Positions 18,123-27,709 of a stretch of 64,000 nucleotides of DNA are shown piece after piece. This stretch comes from an uncultured Rickettsiales bacterium (GTDB lineage: Bacteria > Pseudomonadota > Alphaproteobacteria > RF32 > CAG-239), in NCBI GenBank assembly GCA_900551865.1, contig URXV01000003.1, forward strand, positions 11,079-75,078. The letters are read 5' to 3'. Both the position numbers and the translations under genes were made by a program. The first letter of the stretch is position 1; each line of letters begins with the position of its first letter. The notes beneath the pieces were generated by a model. It was not told the origin of the DNA, made no database searches, and worked only from the letters and a program-made list of their open reading frames with translations.

Positions 18123-19433
18123 ATGACCATTCTGGCAGCCGTCAGGCAAAAAATAAAAGAACGGCAGGGTAAGAGTTTTGCTTTGCTTACAGAGCGGGTT
18201 GGCAAGTCAGCTGTCGCACCGTATGGCATAAATGTTGCCGAAATTGTCAGCCCCGAAGAAACCTTGGTATTGGTTCTCGGCGGTGCCGGCGGGCGCGGCA
18301 TACATCTTCGCGGGTATAACGGATATTTGAAAAAGACGGATGATTTCATAAAAACGCATCCGGAATTGTCCGGGAAGAATGTCAGAGTCTGCGTCGCCGT
18401 TTGTTACATCGGGCGCTTTCACAATGAGCGGCTGGCGCGGGAAAAACTTTATCATGAATATTGGCAGGAACAGTATTCTCTGGATATGATGGCAAAAGAA
18501 CAGAAAGAAGAAATTTTAAGTCCCTGTTATATAAAAGACATTTTTGAACAGGCGTTTTTGCCGCGGATATCCCGAAACGGCGGAAAAGAACGCCTGCCGG
18601 CGGAACAGGCTGCACGGAATATTCGCCGTTTGAACATCGTAACGCATTGCCACGGGGCGTATGTCGCCCTGCGCCTGGAGCAGATGATGCTGCAGAAAAT
18701 GGCGGAACTGGGATATCTGCCTGCCGAACGGAAAAAGGTTGTCCGCCAGCTGATGGTGCTGAACTATGCGCCGGATTGTCCGGCAAGAATGGCGGAGTCC
18801 CGGTTTATAACCATAGAATCAGCGGCCGATGACCATAATAAGTACCAGACGAGGTTTAAAGAATACCTGCAAATGAAAGCGTTGGATTTTGGAATGCTGC
18901 GGCTGCCGGAACGCGGTGGCAACGTCTTGATGTGTACGAAAGTTGACAAAAGCGGCATAGAGGGAAATCCTCCGAAAGTTATTGTTTTAGAAAAGGTTGA
19001 TCCCGAAATTTTCTTTTTTGCCGCAGCCAGACGCCGCCACAACCCCGATGATAAAGAAAACGCCGAAAATGATAAAGAAAATCTCCAAAAAGATAAAGGA
19101 AACATCCAAAAGGAAAAGGTATTGGGAGAACATGAGTTTCTGGGGTTCAAAAAAGCGTCGAATATGAGCAAAGGTGCAGAGGAATTACAGATTTTTGCCA
19201 ATAATATTCTGAAAAATGCCGTTTTGAACTCATTATGCCAAAACGATGCTTCTGCGAAAGCTCTGCCTACCGTCAAAACTCTTGCTTGCGATACGTCGAA
19301 ACAATATGCCGCTTTTTCCCGTGCGTATCTGAAAGGTTGGCAGTTGCATACGCGTTGCGTTTTCACAAATCAGCAAAAGCTCAAAAGTTTCATCTGGCAT
19401 CACCAAACTTGCAGAATTGAGCTGGATGGTTAA
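18123..19433 (+). CDS. Hypothetical protein, possibly an alpha/beta-fold hydrolase with a Cys in the nucleophile-elbow position
   Basis: LVLGGAGG, VTHCHGAYV and ESAADDH segments occur in hydrolase-like order, followed by a K/E/N-rich low-complexity stretch. I recognise no family. Confidence 0.45.
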   Translation: MTILAAVRQKIKERQGKSFALLTERVGKSAVAPYGINVAEIVSPEETLVLVLGGAGGRGIHLRGYNGYLKKTDDFIKTHPELSGKNVRVCVAVCYIGRFHNERLAREKLYHEYWQEQYSLDMMAKEQKEEILSPCYIKDIFEQAFLPRISRNGGKERLPAEQAARNIRRLNIVTHCHGAYVALRLEQMMLQKMAELGYLPAERKKVVRQLMVLNYAPDCPARMAESRFITIESAADDHNKYQTRFKEYLQMKALDFGMLRLPERGGNVLMCTKVDKSGIEGNPPKVIVLEKVDPEIFFFAAARRRHNPDDKENAENDKENLQKDKGNIQKEKVLGEHEFLGFKKASNMSKGAEELQIFANNILKNAVLNSLCQNDASAKALPTVKTLACDTSKQYAAFSRAYLKGWQLHTRCVFTNQQKLKSFIWHHQTCRIELDG

Positions 19434-19685
19434 GTTACTGTATGTCAGATAAATCTCAGGAAGCAGCAGACAACCTTACCTCTACCATCGGCTTAGTTTC
19501 GTGTACTCTTCCCCGCAGCCATATTCGGTGTGGTATTTTCCCTTCAAGTTCTGCTCAACTTGACTATCAATTTTTTTTGCATCTAGATAATCATCAATAA
19601 AGTTCGGGCGAACCTTATTGAATTCTTATTTACAGCAATTCTGCAGTCTGAGTTCAGTATATTCTTATTTGCAGCACCAGTTTTG

Positions 19686-19718
19686 AAAAATCCGCATATA
19701 TTTCGGATTTTTTTTGTT
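19686..19718. terminator. Bidirectional intrinsic terminator between convergent genes
   Basis: AAAAATCCG / CGGATTTTT stem flanked by A and T runs. Confidence 0.55.
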
Positions 19719-19851
19719 TTTAAACAATCACTTATTTAGTTAGGTTTTGAGGATTTTATCGAGGTACTTTTGAGGCCTCTTATCGGACTTTTATCAAAAA
19801 TGCTAAGGGTTGCAAGGTTTTTTAATTTTTCTTACCAGTTCGATAAAAAAA

Positions 19852-21153
19852 CTAGCTTTTTTGTTTCTTTTCTTGATACATTTTTAGAGTGGTAAAATCA
19901 ACTTTTGAAAGGTTCTGGGTTGATTTATATGGAACTTTTGTGCCAGAGCTATTCATTCTATCTCTCAAGCTTGTTATCCTGTTGCTCGCTATTATTGACT
20001 GTATAGAGTTGTCAAAATCTTTTCTATCACCAAATATCTCCTGACGATATGAAGAGTTTATTGATATTAAAGCTTCTCCCCTTGTATAGTTGTAAGAACA
20101 GTCAGCCTTTGGATTATTTTTCCTTAGTTTGTCTTGCTGTTGCTTGTCCATACCTTTGACAACGTTAACAAAAACATCTCTTGCCAAACTATTTTGCAAA
20201 TCAACAGCCTCTTTAGTGTATTTATTATCGTCCCCAATCTCACGCATCTTATTTAAGTTGTATTTATCTAATATTATTTTTGCGTCTCGTTCTGAGCGTA
20301 AATTATAATAGTCAATAGTAGTTTCCATCGCCTCTTTAGATGGTTTGGTTAGGATAAATGCGACTATCGCGCTAGCCATAACACCTGCTTCTAGCGCATT
20401 CTCGAATGCCCTACCTTCTTTTATTTCGTCGAATGTTCTAGAATTATTATTGTTACTTTGGGAGGTTGATAATCTAGAGAGTTCATCATTAGTTAAAGCA
20501 TTTTCTTTCTTTAGCGCAGGGATTGAGAAACTTTGCTTTATTTCAGTTTGACAGCCATTATTATATTGTCCTGCATGAGAAACCTCATGAGCAACGATAT
20601 GCGTCAGCGAATCTGAAAGCATATTTTTAATTTCTTGATTTTCTATAAGTTTTTCTAGAGGTGCAACTTTTTCAATTTGAGCAAACAGTTTTAACTCTTC
20701 CCAATGTTCTAAAGTTGCTTGATTTGGTCTTTCTCCTATTGATTTGTAATAATTTTCTAGAAAATCTTGAAACCTGCTAGTTGGTTCAGTAATTTCTTGC
20801 TTTTTCGCTTTTTGCATTAGTTTTTTTATTTCAGGATCATTACTTTTTTGCAAAGTTTTAGCTATTACAGACTTGACCTCTTCATCACTTATATAAACAA
20901 CATCGCGAGTTTTATTTTTATCAATTACTTCTCTATAACAATTGCCACCAATACCTGTCCCTGCATAACCAATATAAATTTTCGATAAATTAAATTGCGT
21001 TTGAGAATCTGGGCTTGGAGTTACAGCATTCTCAAACAGTTTTTTGCCGTAAGGGGTGTTTCTTAACTTATTAACTGTGGTGTCAAGAATTTCATTAAGT
21101 GCCTTATTGTTAACTTCAAATTTATTTTCTAATGGAGTATTTACCATAAACAT
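19852..21153 (-). CDS. Orphan HExxH (zincin-like) putative metalloprotease in an AT-rich insert
   Basis: HEVSH is encoded at 20575-20589. There is no signal peptide, the composition is K/N/I-rich, and the gene is strongly AT-rich relative to its neighbours. Confidence 0.5.
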   Translation of the reverse strand: MFMVNTPLENKFEVNNKALNEILDTTVNKLRNTPYGKKLFENAVTPSPDSQTQFNLSKIYIGYAGTGIGGNCYREVIDKNKTRDVVYISDEEVKSVIAKTLQKSNDPEIKKLMQKAKKQEITEPTSRFQDFLENYYKSIGERPNQATLEHWEELKLFAQIEKVAPLEKLIENQEIKNMLSDSLTHIVAHEVSHAGQYNNGCQTEIKQSFSIPALKKENALTNDELSRLSTSQSNNNNSRTFDEIKEGRAFENALEAGVMASAIVAFILTKPSKEAMETTIDYYNLRSERDAKIILDKYNLNKMREIGDDNKYTKEAVDLQNSLARDVFVNVVKGMDKQQQDKLRKNNPKADCSYNYTRGEALISINSSYRQEIFGDRKDFDNSIQSIIASNRITSLRDRMNSSGTKVPYKSTQNLSKVDFTTLKMYQEKKQKS

Positions 21154-21394
21154 TTCCTGATTTTAGTTATAAATTACTGTTATTATAGCACAAACTCTTT
21201 AATATAAAATACTTTTTTTGTTAAATTTTGACAAAATGTTCACATATTTAAGTTTTCCCTAAAACCTCAATTTTTCTTGTTAACTTCTTAAAATCATCAT
21301 ACTTACTCTGTCCGATAATTGCACAATATCACGCAATTTTGCAACCTCTTTCAGTTGCCTTATCTTCGCAGTCAACCCGGCGTGCAACAGAATG

Positions 21395-23383
21395 TTAAAT
21401 ATCCAAGTCCTCGGCGAATTTTGCCCTTTCTATAATGAATTTGAACCGCTGTTCGGGGTCTTTTCCCATCAGCCGCTCAACCTGCCGCCGCGTTTCAAAC
21501 GCTTCGTCGCGCGCTTCTTCGGTGTTTGCCGTCGGAATCACGACCCGCAGCAAAACGCGGTTATTCTTGTCCATCGTCGTTTCTTTCAGCTGCAGCGCGC
21601 TCATCTCGCCCAAGCCTTTAAAACGGCTGATATCCGGTTTTTGGTTGGCCTTTGCCTTGCTGAGGATTTTGTCTTTCTCCTCATCGTCCAGCGCGTAGTA
21701 GTTTTTGCCGCCGAAAACGATTTTATACAGCGGCGGCGTCGCGATAAACAGGTGCCCGTGTTCTATCAGTTTCGGCATATACTGGTAGAAAAACGTCATC
21801 AGAAGCGAGGTAATGTGTGCGCCGTCCACGTCCGCATCGGTCATAATGATGATTTTTTCGTAGCGCAGGTTTTCCTCTTTATAATTGTCTTTGGTGCCGC
21901 AGCCCAGCGCTTCAATCATGTCTTTGATTTCCTGGTTTTGCGTAATCTTGTCTAGGCTGGCGCTTGCAACGTTAAGGATTTTTCCGCGCAGGGGCAGAAT
22001 TGCCTGCGTCATGCGGTCGCGTCCCTGCTTGGCGGAGCCGCCTGCGGAGTCGCCCTCAACGATAAATATTTCCGTATCCTCGGCCGCCGCTTTGGAACAG
22101 TCCGCCAGTTTCCCCGGCAGGCGCAGCTTCTTTGTCGGCGATTTGCGGTTCTGCACTTTTTCTTCTTTTCTTTTTTTGCGCAGTTCGGCACGGCTGACGA
22201 CATATTCAATCAGCGCGCTGGCGTTTTCCTTGTCCGAAGACAGCCAGTGGTCAAATGAATCTTTAACCGCCTTCTCCACCAGATAAGCCGCCTTGGTGGA
22301 CGTCAGTTTGTCCTTCGTCTGCCCCTGAAACTGCGGGTCGCGGATAAATACCGACAGCATAATCGCCGCGTCGCTCAAAAAGTCCTCCGCCGTAATGCCC
22401 GCCGCTTTTTTGATGTTGGCCATATCGGCATATTCCTTAAGCCCTTTGAGCAATGCCGTGCGGAAACCCTGCTCGTGCGTTCCGCCCTGCGGCGTGATGA
22501 CCGTGTTGCAGTAGGAATTGCAAAAGCCTTTCTCGTCGTCGGGCCAGGTAATGGCCCATTCAACCTTACCTTCGTCGCCCGACAGTTCCGCCTCGCCGGA
22601 AAACGGCGTCCGGTTAATTGTCAGCCGTGTGCCGATTTGGTAATTCAAAAAGTCCAGCAGCCCGTTCGGAAAGTTGAACTCGGTTTCGGTCGGAATGTCG
22701 TCGCCGGCAGCCAGAACTTCCGGCGCACATTTCCAGAATATTTTAATTCCTTTGAACAGAAAAGCCTTTGAACGTGCCATGCGGTAAATTTTCGCCGGAA
22801 CGAATTTATTGTCCGTGCCGAAAATCTCCTCGTCAGGCAGAAACGTAATGCTCGTGCCGCGGCGGTTAGGGGCGTTTCCGACTAAAATCAGCGGCGTAAC
22901 CGGCTTTCCGCGTGAATATTCCTGCCGGTAAAGTTTCCTGTCGCGTGCCACTTCCACCACCAGCTTTTTTGACAGGGCGTTGACGACCGACGAACCGACA
23001 CCGTGCAGACCGCCGGAAACTTTATAAGCGTTTCCGCCGAACTTGCCGCCCGAATGGAGTGTCGTCAGGATGACCTCCAATGCGGACTTGCCCGGATATT
23101 TCGGATGGTCGTCTACCGGAATGCCGCGGCCGTTGTCGGTAATCGTTACCGACAGGTCGGCGTTGACGGCGATGTCAATCCGGTTCGCATAGCCTGCGAC
23201 CGCCTCGTCCATGGAGTTGTCAAGGATTTCCGCCACCAGATGGTGCAGCGCCTGTTCGTCCGTTCCGCCGATATACATGCCGGGACGGTGCCGTACCGGG
23301 TCAAGCCCCTCCAGAACTTCAATGTCGCGCGCCGAATATTCTTCCTTGGCGGCGGTTGCGGAATTTTCAAACAAATCGCTCAT
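21395..23383 (-). CDS. parE: DNA topoisomerase IV subunit B
   Basis: GHKL ATPase motifs (EILDNSMDEA, DNGRGIP, GGLHGVG) and a Toprim domain (EIFIVEGDSAGG, IMTDADVDGAHI). The 662-aa length lacks the GyrB insertion. Confidence 0.88.
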   Translation of the reverse strand: MSDLFENSATAAKEEYSARDIEVLEGLDPVRHRPGMYIGGTDEQALHHLVAEILDNSMDEAVAGYANRIDIAVNADLSVTITDNGRGIPVDDHPKYPGKSALEVILTTLHSGGKFGGNAYKVSGGLHGVGSSVVNALSKKLVVEVARDRKLYRQEYSRGKPVTPLILVGNAPNRRGTSITFLPDEEIFGTDNKFVPAKIYRMARSKAFLFKGIKIFWKCAPEVLAAGDDIPTETEFNFPNGLLDFLNYQIGTRLTINRTPFSGEAELSGDEGKVEWAITWPDDEKGFCNSYCNTVITPQGGTHEQGFRTALLKGLKEYADMANIKKAAGITAEDFLSDAAIMLSVFIRDPQFQGQTKDKLTSTKAAYLVEKAVKDSFDHWLSSDKENASALIEYVVSRAELRKKRKEEKVQNRKSPTKKLRLPGKLADCSKAAAEDTEIFIVEGDSAGGSAKQGRDRMTQAILPLRGKILNVASASLDKITQNQEIKDMIEALGCGTKDNYKEENLRYEKIIIMTDADVDGAHITSLLMTFFYQYMPKLIEHGHLFIATPPLYKIVFGGKNYYALDDEEKDKILSKAKANQKPDISRFKGLGEMSALQLKETTMDKNNRVLLRVVIPTANTEEARDEAFETRRQVERLMGKDPEQRFKFIIERAKFAEDLDI

Positions 23384-23645
23384 ATTTTCCTCTGATGTTT
23401 TTTTCTTTGCCCGGAAGCTGCCCTCCGGCCGTTATTTTCGTAATCATCTCGCCAAAACATATAGAAACAAAAGGAAAAACACAAGAAAAATCTCCAATTC
23501 TTAAACAGAAAAAGCCTTTTTGCCGCCTTAGGGAGCATATTTTGCTCAGGCAGAAAAAGCGAAATTAAAAAAATAAACAAAAAACTTGCATTCTGTCAAA
23601 AATAGTGTTAAAAAGAACTGTATTTTTAATTTTTAATATATAGTT

Positions 23646-24314
23646 ATGTCAAAAGGACCATTCACTGCCCGTATCAATCAGATTGATACCGCAGAAAATT
23701 TCCACATCTTACAGGTGGAGCAGTTAACCGAACAGTTTTTTCACGGCCAGAAGGAAACGTTGAAAGTTCCCGCAGACGAACGGCTTTCTTCTTTGCGCTC
23801 CGGCGACGTTGTTACGTATTACCGTGCGGAGGAAGAGTATGTCATTACGGAAACGCCGCATTCGGAAGAACGTGTCGTACTCTTGTTTAAGCGCAGTCCT
23901 GACGGACTGGGGCTGCCGGAAAAGAGCTGTCTGTGGATAGCTCCGGGTAAGCCTCTGATGCAGCTGCCGGATTTGCCGCGTATTGTTCAAATTCTGCTCG
24001 GTTTATCTTCTTATTACGGTAAACGGGAGGATTTGGTAAGAGCCGCGCTGGATATTCTGGCGCTGTCGCAGGATGCCGAAGCGATTGATGCGCTGTTCTC
24101 AATTCGTCCGGATTTGCTGGATAAACTGTTGGGAATGGAATATGCGGTTGTTTCCGTGCAAGTTGCCGATTCGCTCATTGCTTTGGCTTTGGCCGGCGCC
24201 GATTTGGAACACCCACGCCGCCGTGATTTGCGGCAGATTCTTTCTTTGGCGCTGCTTCACGGCGAAGCTCAGGCCAAAATTTATGACTTTATCGCTTCAT
24301 ACGAACGCGAATAG
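23646..24314 (+). CDS. Hypothetical protein
   Basis: ORF with backbone-like composition followed by a strong terminator. I recognise no family. Confidence 0.45.
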   Translation: MSKGPFTARINQIDTAENFHILQVEQLTEQFFHGQKETLKVPADERLSSLRSGDVVTYYRAEEEYVITETPHSEERVVLLFKRSPDGLGLPEKSCLWIAPGKPLMQLPDLPRIVQILLGLSSYYGKREDLVRAALDILALSQDAEAIDALFSIRPDLLDKLLGMEYAVVSVQVADSLIALALAGADLEHPRRRDLRQILSLALLHGEAQAKIYDFIASYERE

Positions 24315-24391
24315 GTCATAAGGGCCGACGCATTCCCTGTCCGTATGCAGACGGTGCCTGAACGGTTGCCGCTTCCAACACTTGTAAAAAA

Positions 24392-24441
24392 CCGTATTTT
24401 CCCTCCTTTGTTTAAAGGGGCGGAAAATACGGCTTTTTTTT
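24392..24441 (+). terminator. Intrinsic terminator
   Basis: CCGTATTTTCC ... GGAAAATACGG stem followed by T8. Confidence 0.7.
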
Positions 24442-24462
24442 GCCTGAATATCAAAAAAAGTC

Positions 24463-24491
24463 TTGCAAATTAAATCTTTTGCCCTTATAAA
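24463..24491 (+). promoter_or_regulatory. Sigma70-like promoter candidate for rpsB-tsf
   Basis: TTGCAA-N17-TATAAA, which implies a leader of about 150 nt. Confidence 0.45.
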
Positions 24492-24648
24492 CATGTGCGA
24501 AAACGGCAATCCCGCCGTTTTTATAATTCACACGCAGGAATGGCGTCGGTCTGCCCGGATGGAAAGGACAGGCTTCACGCTCCGGTGCTTAAAGCGATTT
24601 AAGCCGAAATCCTGCGGAGGTTTAACCGGAAAATAAGGAAAAATAAAA

Positions 24649-25422
24649 ATGACACTTCCTACTTTTACATTGCGTCAGCTTGTTGAAGCCGGCGTACACT
24701 TCGGACACCACGCCCGTCGTTGGAATCCGCAGATGGCTCCGTATATCTACGGCAAAAAAGACAACGTTCACATCATTGATCTGCAGAAGACTTATCCGAT
24801 GCTCTACACAGCGCTGGCAGTTGCCCGCGACGTAGCGGCCAAAGGCGGCAAGGTTCTGTTTGTCGCGACCAAGCGTCAGGCTCAGGACATTGTTAAGGAA
24901 AGCGCTGAAAGATGCGGACAGTACTATGTTAACTACCGTTGGCTCGGCGGTATGCTCACCAACTGGAAAACCGTTAACAAGTCTATCAACCGTCTCGTTA
25001 AGTTAAACGAAATGGAAGAAAAGAACGCCTATGACGGATATACCAAAAAAGAAATGCAGAACATTAAGAAAGAACAGGAAAAGCTGGCTCTTTCTCTGGA
25101 CGGCATCAAAAACATGGGTGGCCAGCCTGATTTGCTGTTCGTAATCGATACGCCGAAAGAGGCTTTGGCGATTAAAGAAGCCAAAAAACTGGGTATCCCG
25201 GTAATCGGCATCACCGATACGAATGCAAACCCGAATGACGTTGACTATCCGGTTCCGGGCAACGACGATGCCATTCGCGCCATCCAGCTGTATTGCGAAC
25301 TCGTTTCTTCTGCAATTCTGGACGGTATGCAGGCGGAAATCGCTGCTCAGGGCGTCAAGGTTGACGACGCGGTAAATGCGGCGGCTGACGAAGCATTTGT
25401 TGAAAATGTAGAAAACGCTTAA
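24649..25422 (+). CDS. rpsB: 30S ribosomal protein S2
   Basis: [15 protein letters not shown] and the rest of the sequence are canonical S2. Confidence 0.97.
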   Translation: MTLPTFTLRQLVEAGVHFGHHARRWNPQMAPYIYGKKDNVHIIDLQKTYPMLYTALAVARDVAAKGGKVLFVATKRQAQDIVKESAERCGQYYVNYRWLGGMLTNWKTVNKSINRLVKLNEMEEKNAYDGYTKKEMQNIKKEQEKLALSLDGIKNMGGQPDLLFVIDTPKEALAIKEAKKLGIPVIGITDTNANPNDVDYPVPGNDDAIRAIQLYCELVSSAILDGMQAEIAAQGVKVDDAVNAAADEAFVENVENA

Positions 25423-25513
25423 TTCTTTTTAAGCATTGCATAAAAAAGCAGGCGGCGGCTTTCGGGCTGCCGCCGGACTATCGTATTTAGAACATCAAAC
25501 AAGGGGAATGATA

Positions 25514-26446
25514 ATGGCAGAAATTACCGCAGCTCTGGTAAAAAGTTTAAGAGAGACTTCCGGTGCCGGCATGCTGGATTGCAAAAAGGCGCTGGTTGAA
25601 ACCAATGGCAATATGGAAGAGGCAATTGACTGGCTCCGTAAAAAAGGCCTGGCTTCCGCTGCCAAAAAAGCCAGCCGTATCGCCGCAGAAGGTCTGGTAT
25701 CCGTATATGTGGAAGGCAATGCCGGTGCGGTTGTTGAAGTAAACTCCGAAACCGACTTCGTTGCCAAGAACGATATTTTTCAGGATTATGTTGAAAATGC
25801 CGCCAAGGCTGCTCTGGCCGTCAAAGGCGATGTTGAAGGCCTGAAAGCTTTCACCTGCCCGGTAACCGGCAAGGATATGGGAACGATTTTGACCGATATG
25901 ATTGCCAAAATCGGTGAAAATATGAACCTGCGCCGCGCCGCTTATCTGAGTGCCGCCAATGGCGTCGTCTGCTCCTACATTCACAACGCCGTTCGTCCGA
26001 ATGTCGGCAAAATCGGCGTTCTGGTTGCGGTTGAGGGCAATGCCGACAAGGCTAAAATGCAGGAACTGGGCAAGCATGTTGCTATGCACATTGCTGCCAC
26101 CAACCCGATTGCGATGACGATTGCCGAAGTTCCGGCCGAAGCCGTTGAGCGCGAAAAGAACATTTTCAGCGAGCAGGCTCTGGCTTCCGGCAAACCGGCG
26201 AACATCGTTGAAAAAATGGTTGAAGGCCGTATCCGCAAGTACTATGAAGAAGTTGTCTTGGAAGAACAGGCATACATTATGGATCCGGATAAAAAGGTGA
26301 AAGACGTTGTTGCCGAATTTGCCAAAGAAAACAACACCGACGTTAAACTCGGCGGTTTTGTATGCTTCAAGCTCGGCGAAGGCCTGCAGAAGAAAGAAGA
26401 AGACTTTGCCGCCGAAGTTGCCGCTCAGCTCGGCAAGTCTGCATAA
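25514..26446 (+). CDS. tsf: Translation elongation factor Ts
   Basis: MAEITAALVKSLRETSGAGMLDCKKAL is the canonical EF-Ts N-terminus. An internal ATG sits after a GGGGA-like SD. Confidence 0.95.
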   Translation: MAEITAALVKSLRETSGAGMLDCKKALVETNGNMEEAIDWLRKKGLASAAKKASRIAAEGLVSVYVEGNAGAVVEVNSETDFVAKNDIFQDYVENAAKAALAVKGDVEGLKAFTCPVTGKDMGTILTDMIAKIGENMNLRRAAYLSAANGVVCSYIHNAVRPNVGKIGVLVAVEGNADKAKMQELGKHVAMHIAATNPIAMTIAEVPAEAVEREKNIFSEQALASGKPANIVEKMVEGRIRKYYEEVVLEEQAYIMDPDKKVKDVVAEFAKENNTDVKLGGFVCFKLGEGLQKKEEDFAAEVAAQLGKSA

Positions 26447-26527
26447 GTTTTGGCTTTAGAGCATAAATGCCGTTTGGTACAAAAATAATGCTGTAAGGTA
26501 TAAGATTGTGCCAAGCCTGAACGAGAG

Positions 26528-26557
26528 CAGCCGGAATTAAATTCCGGCTGTTTTTTT
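26528..26557 (+). terminator. Intrinsic terminator after tsf
   Basis: CAGCCGGAATT / AATTCCGGCTG stem followed by T7. Confidence 0.8.
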
Positions 26558-26765
26558 ATTTTCTGAATGTAAAAAGTTCTTGATAAATAAAGTTCTTAAT
26601 AAATTTCGCTTTTATAAATGTTTACTTGTGATAAAAAACGGTCATTAATTTTCTACACATAAAGTTTTATGTCCGGCAAGACTAAAGTATTGTTTTTGCA
26701 CAACGGCAGAGTAACATAAAACTGCTGAATTAAAATGACCGTTTTTTTTCAGCAGGTGAGTCGTT

Positions 26766-27641
26766 ATGCGTAAGAAGTTTTATTTTACTGTTTTATTGTT
26801 TATCTTGCTGCCGACATATTGTATGGCCGCAGAATATGCCGTAAAAAAACAGGATGTAAGTTTCGGAAAGTTTACTCAAACTTCGGAAAATGCCGAAATT
26901 TATTTGTCGCCTGACGGCAGCGTTACGGCGGTAGGCGGGCGCGTTTCCGATGGGATGGCAGGAATAATACATTATTCTTTGGAAGATACAAAACAGGACG
27001 TAATGGTGAAAATGCCGGATACCTATTCCATCTATGGCGATGGCATAGGCTGCAAATTTGAAATCTATAACCATACCTATAACCCGCAGCAGTTTAACCT
27101 GTATGTCGGCGGTCCGTCCGCACAGAATGTATATATCGGCGCGACCCTGCGCATAACCGGGATTTGCGAACCGGGAACATACTCAGCGACGTATTATGTC
27201 AGTCCATCGATAAATGGGCTCAATAGCGGTTTTAGAACACCGCTTCGGGTTTCGTTGATTATCGAGGAAAAAATAGGTATCCGTGAAACACAATCTCTTG
27301 ATTTCGGAACATTGGTTTCTCCGGCTGTGGACAGTACCGTTACGGTAGATTATAACGGCAGTCGCCAAAGTTCCGGAAACATACATTTACACTCGTCAAA
27401 AGCGTCCAACGGTGTTTTTCAGCTTGAGGGGATAGCCGGGCGCAAGGTAAATGTAACGTTCCCGTCATCAGTGGATATTGGCGGCGGTATGGTTGTCAGC
27501 GATTTTACGGCGGATACGGGATTGTCTTTTCCGCTGGGAGCAGAGCGGCAGAATATGAATGTCGGGGCGACGTTGAATGTGCCTGCCGGTACACCTGAAG
27601 GAGAATACAGCGGTCAATATACCGTAACTGTCAGCTATTAA
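26766..27641 (+). CDS. Secreted protein with two tandem DUF4402-like (SCPU/pilin-like beta-sandwich) domains
   Basis: A signal peptide is present. Each half shows FG-start, GATL.V/I and G.Y.G/A.Y.V motifs, and the protein ends GEYSGQYTVTVSY. Confidence 0.5.
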   Translation: MRKKFYFTVLLFILLPTYCMAAEYAVKKQDVSFGKFTQTSENAEIYLSPDGSVTAVGGRVSDGMAGIIHYSLEDTKQDVMVKMPDTYSIYGDGIGCKFEIYNHTYNPQQFNLYVGGPSAQNVYIGATLRITGICEPGTYSATYYVSPSINGLNSGFRTPLRVSLIIEEKIGIRETQSLDFGTLVSPAVDSTVTVDYNGSRQSSGNIHLHSSKASNGVFQLEGIAGRKVNVTFPSSVDIGGGMVVSDFTADTGLSFPLGAERQNMNVGATLNVPAGTPEGEYSGQYTVTVSY

Positions 27642-27647
27642 TAAAAA

Positions 27648-27673
27648 CAGGTTCAGCCAGATGGCTGAACCTG
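27648..27673. terminator. Hairpin between convergent genes
   Basis: CAGGTTCAGCC / GGCTGAACCTG perfect stem with a 4-nt loop. The T-run is weak. Confidence 0.5.
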
Positions 27674-27709
27674 TGTGTCAGAACCTGTATTTTCGGCAGT
27701 GGACGGTAA

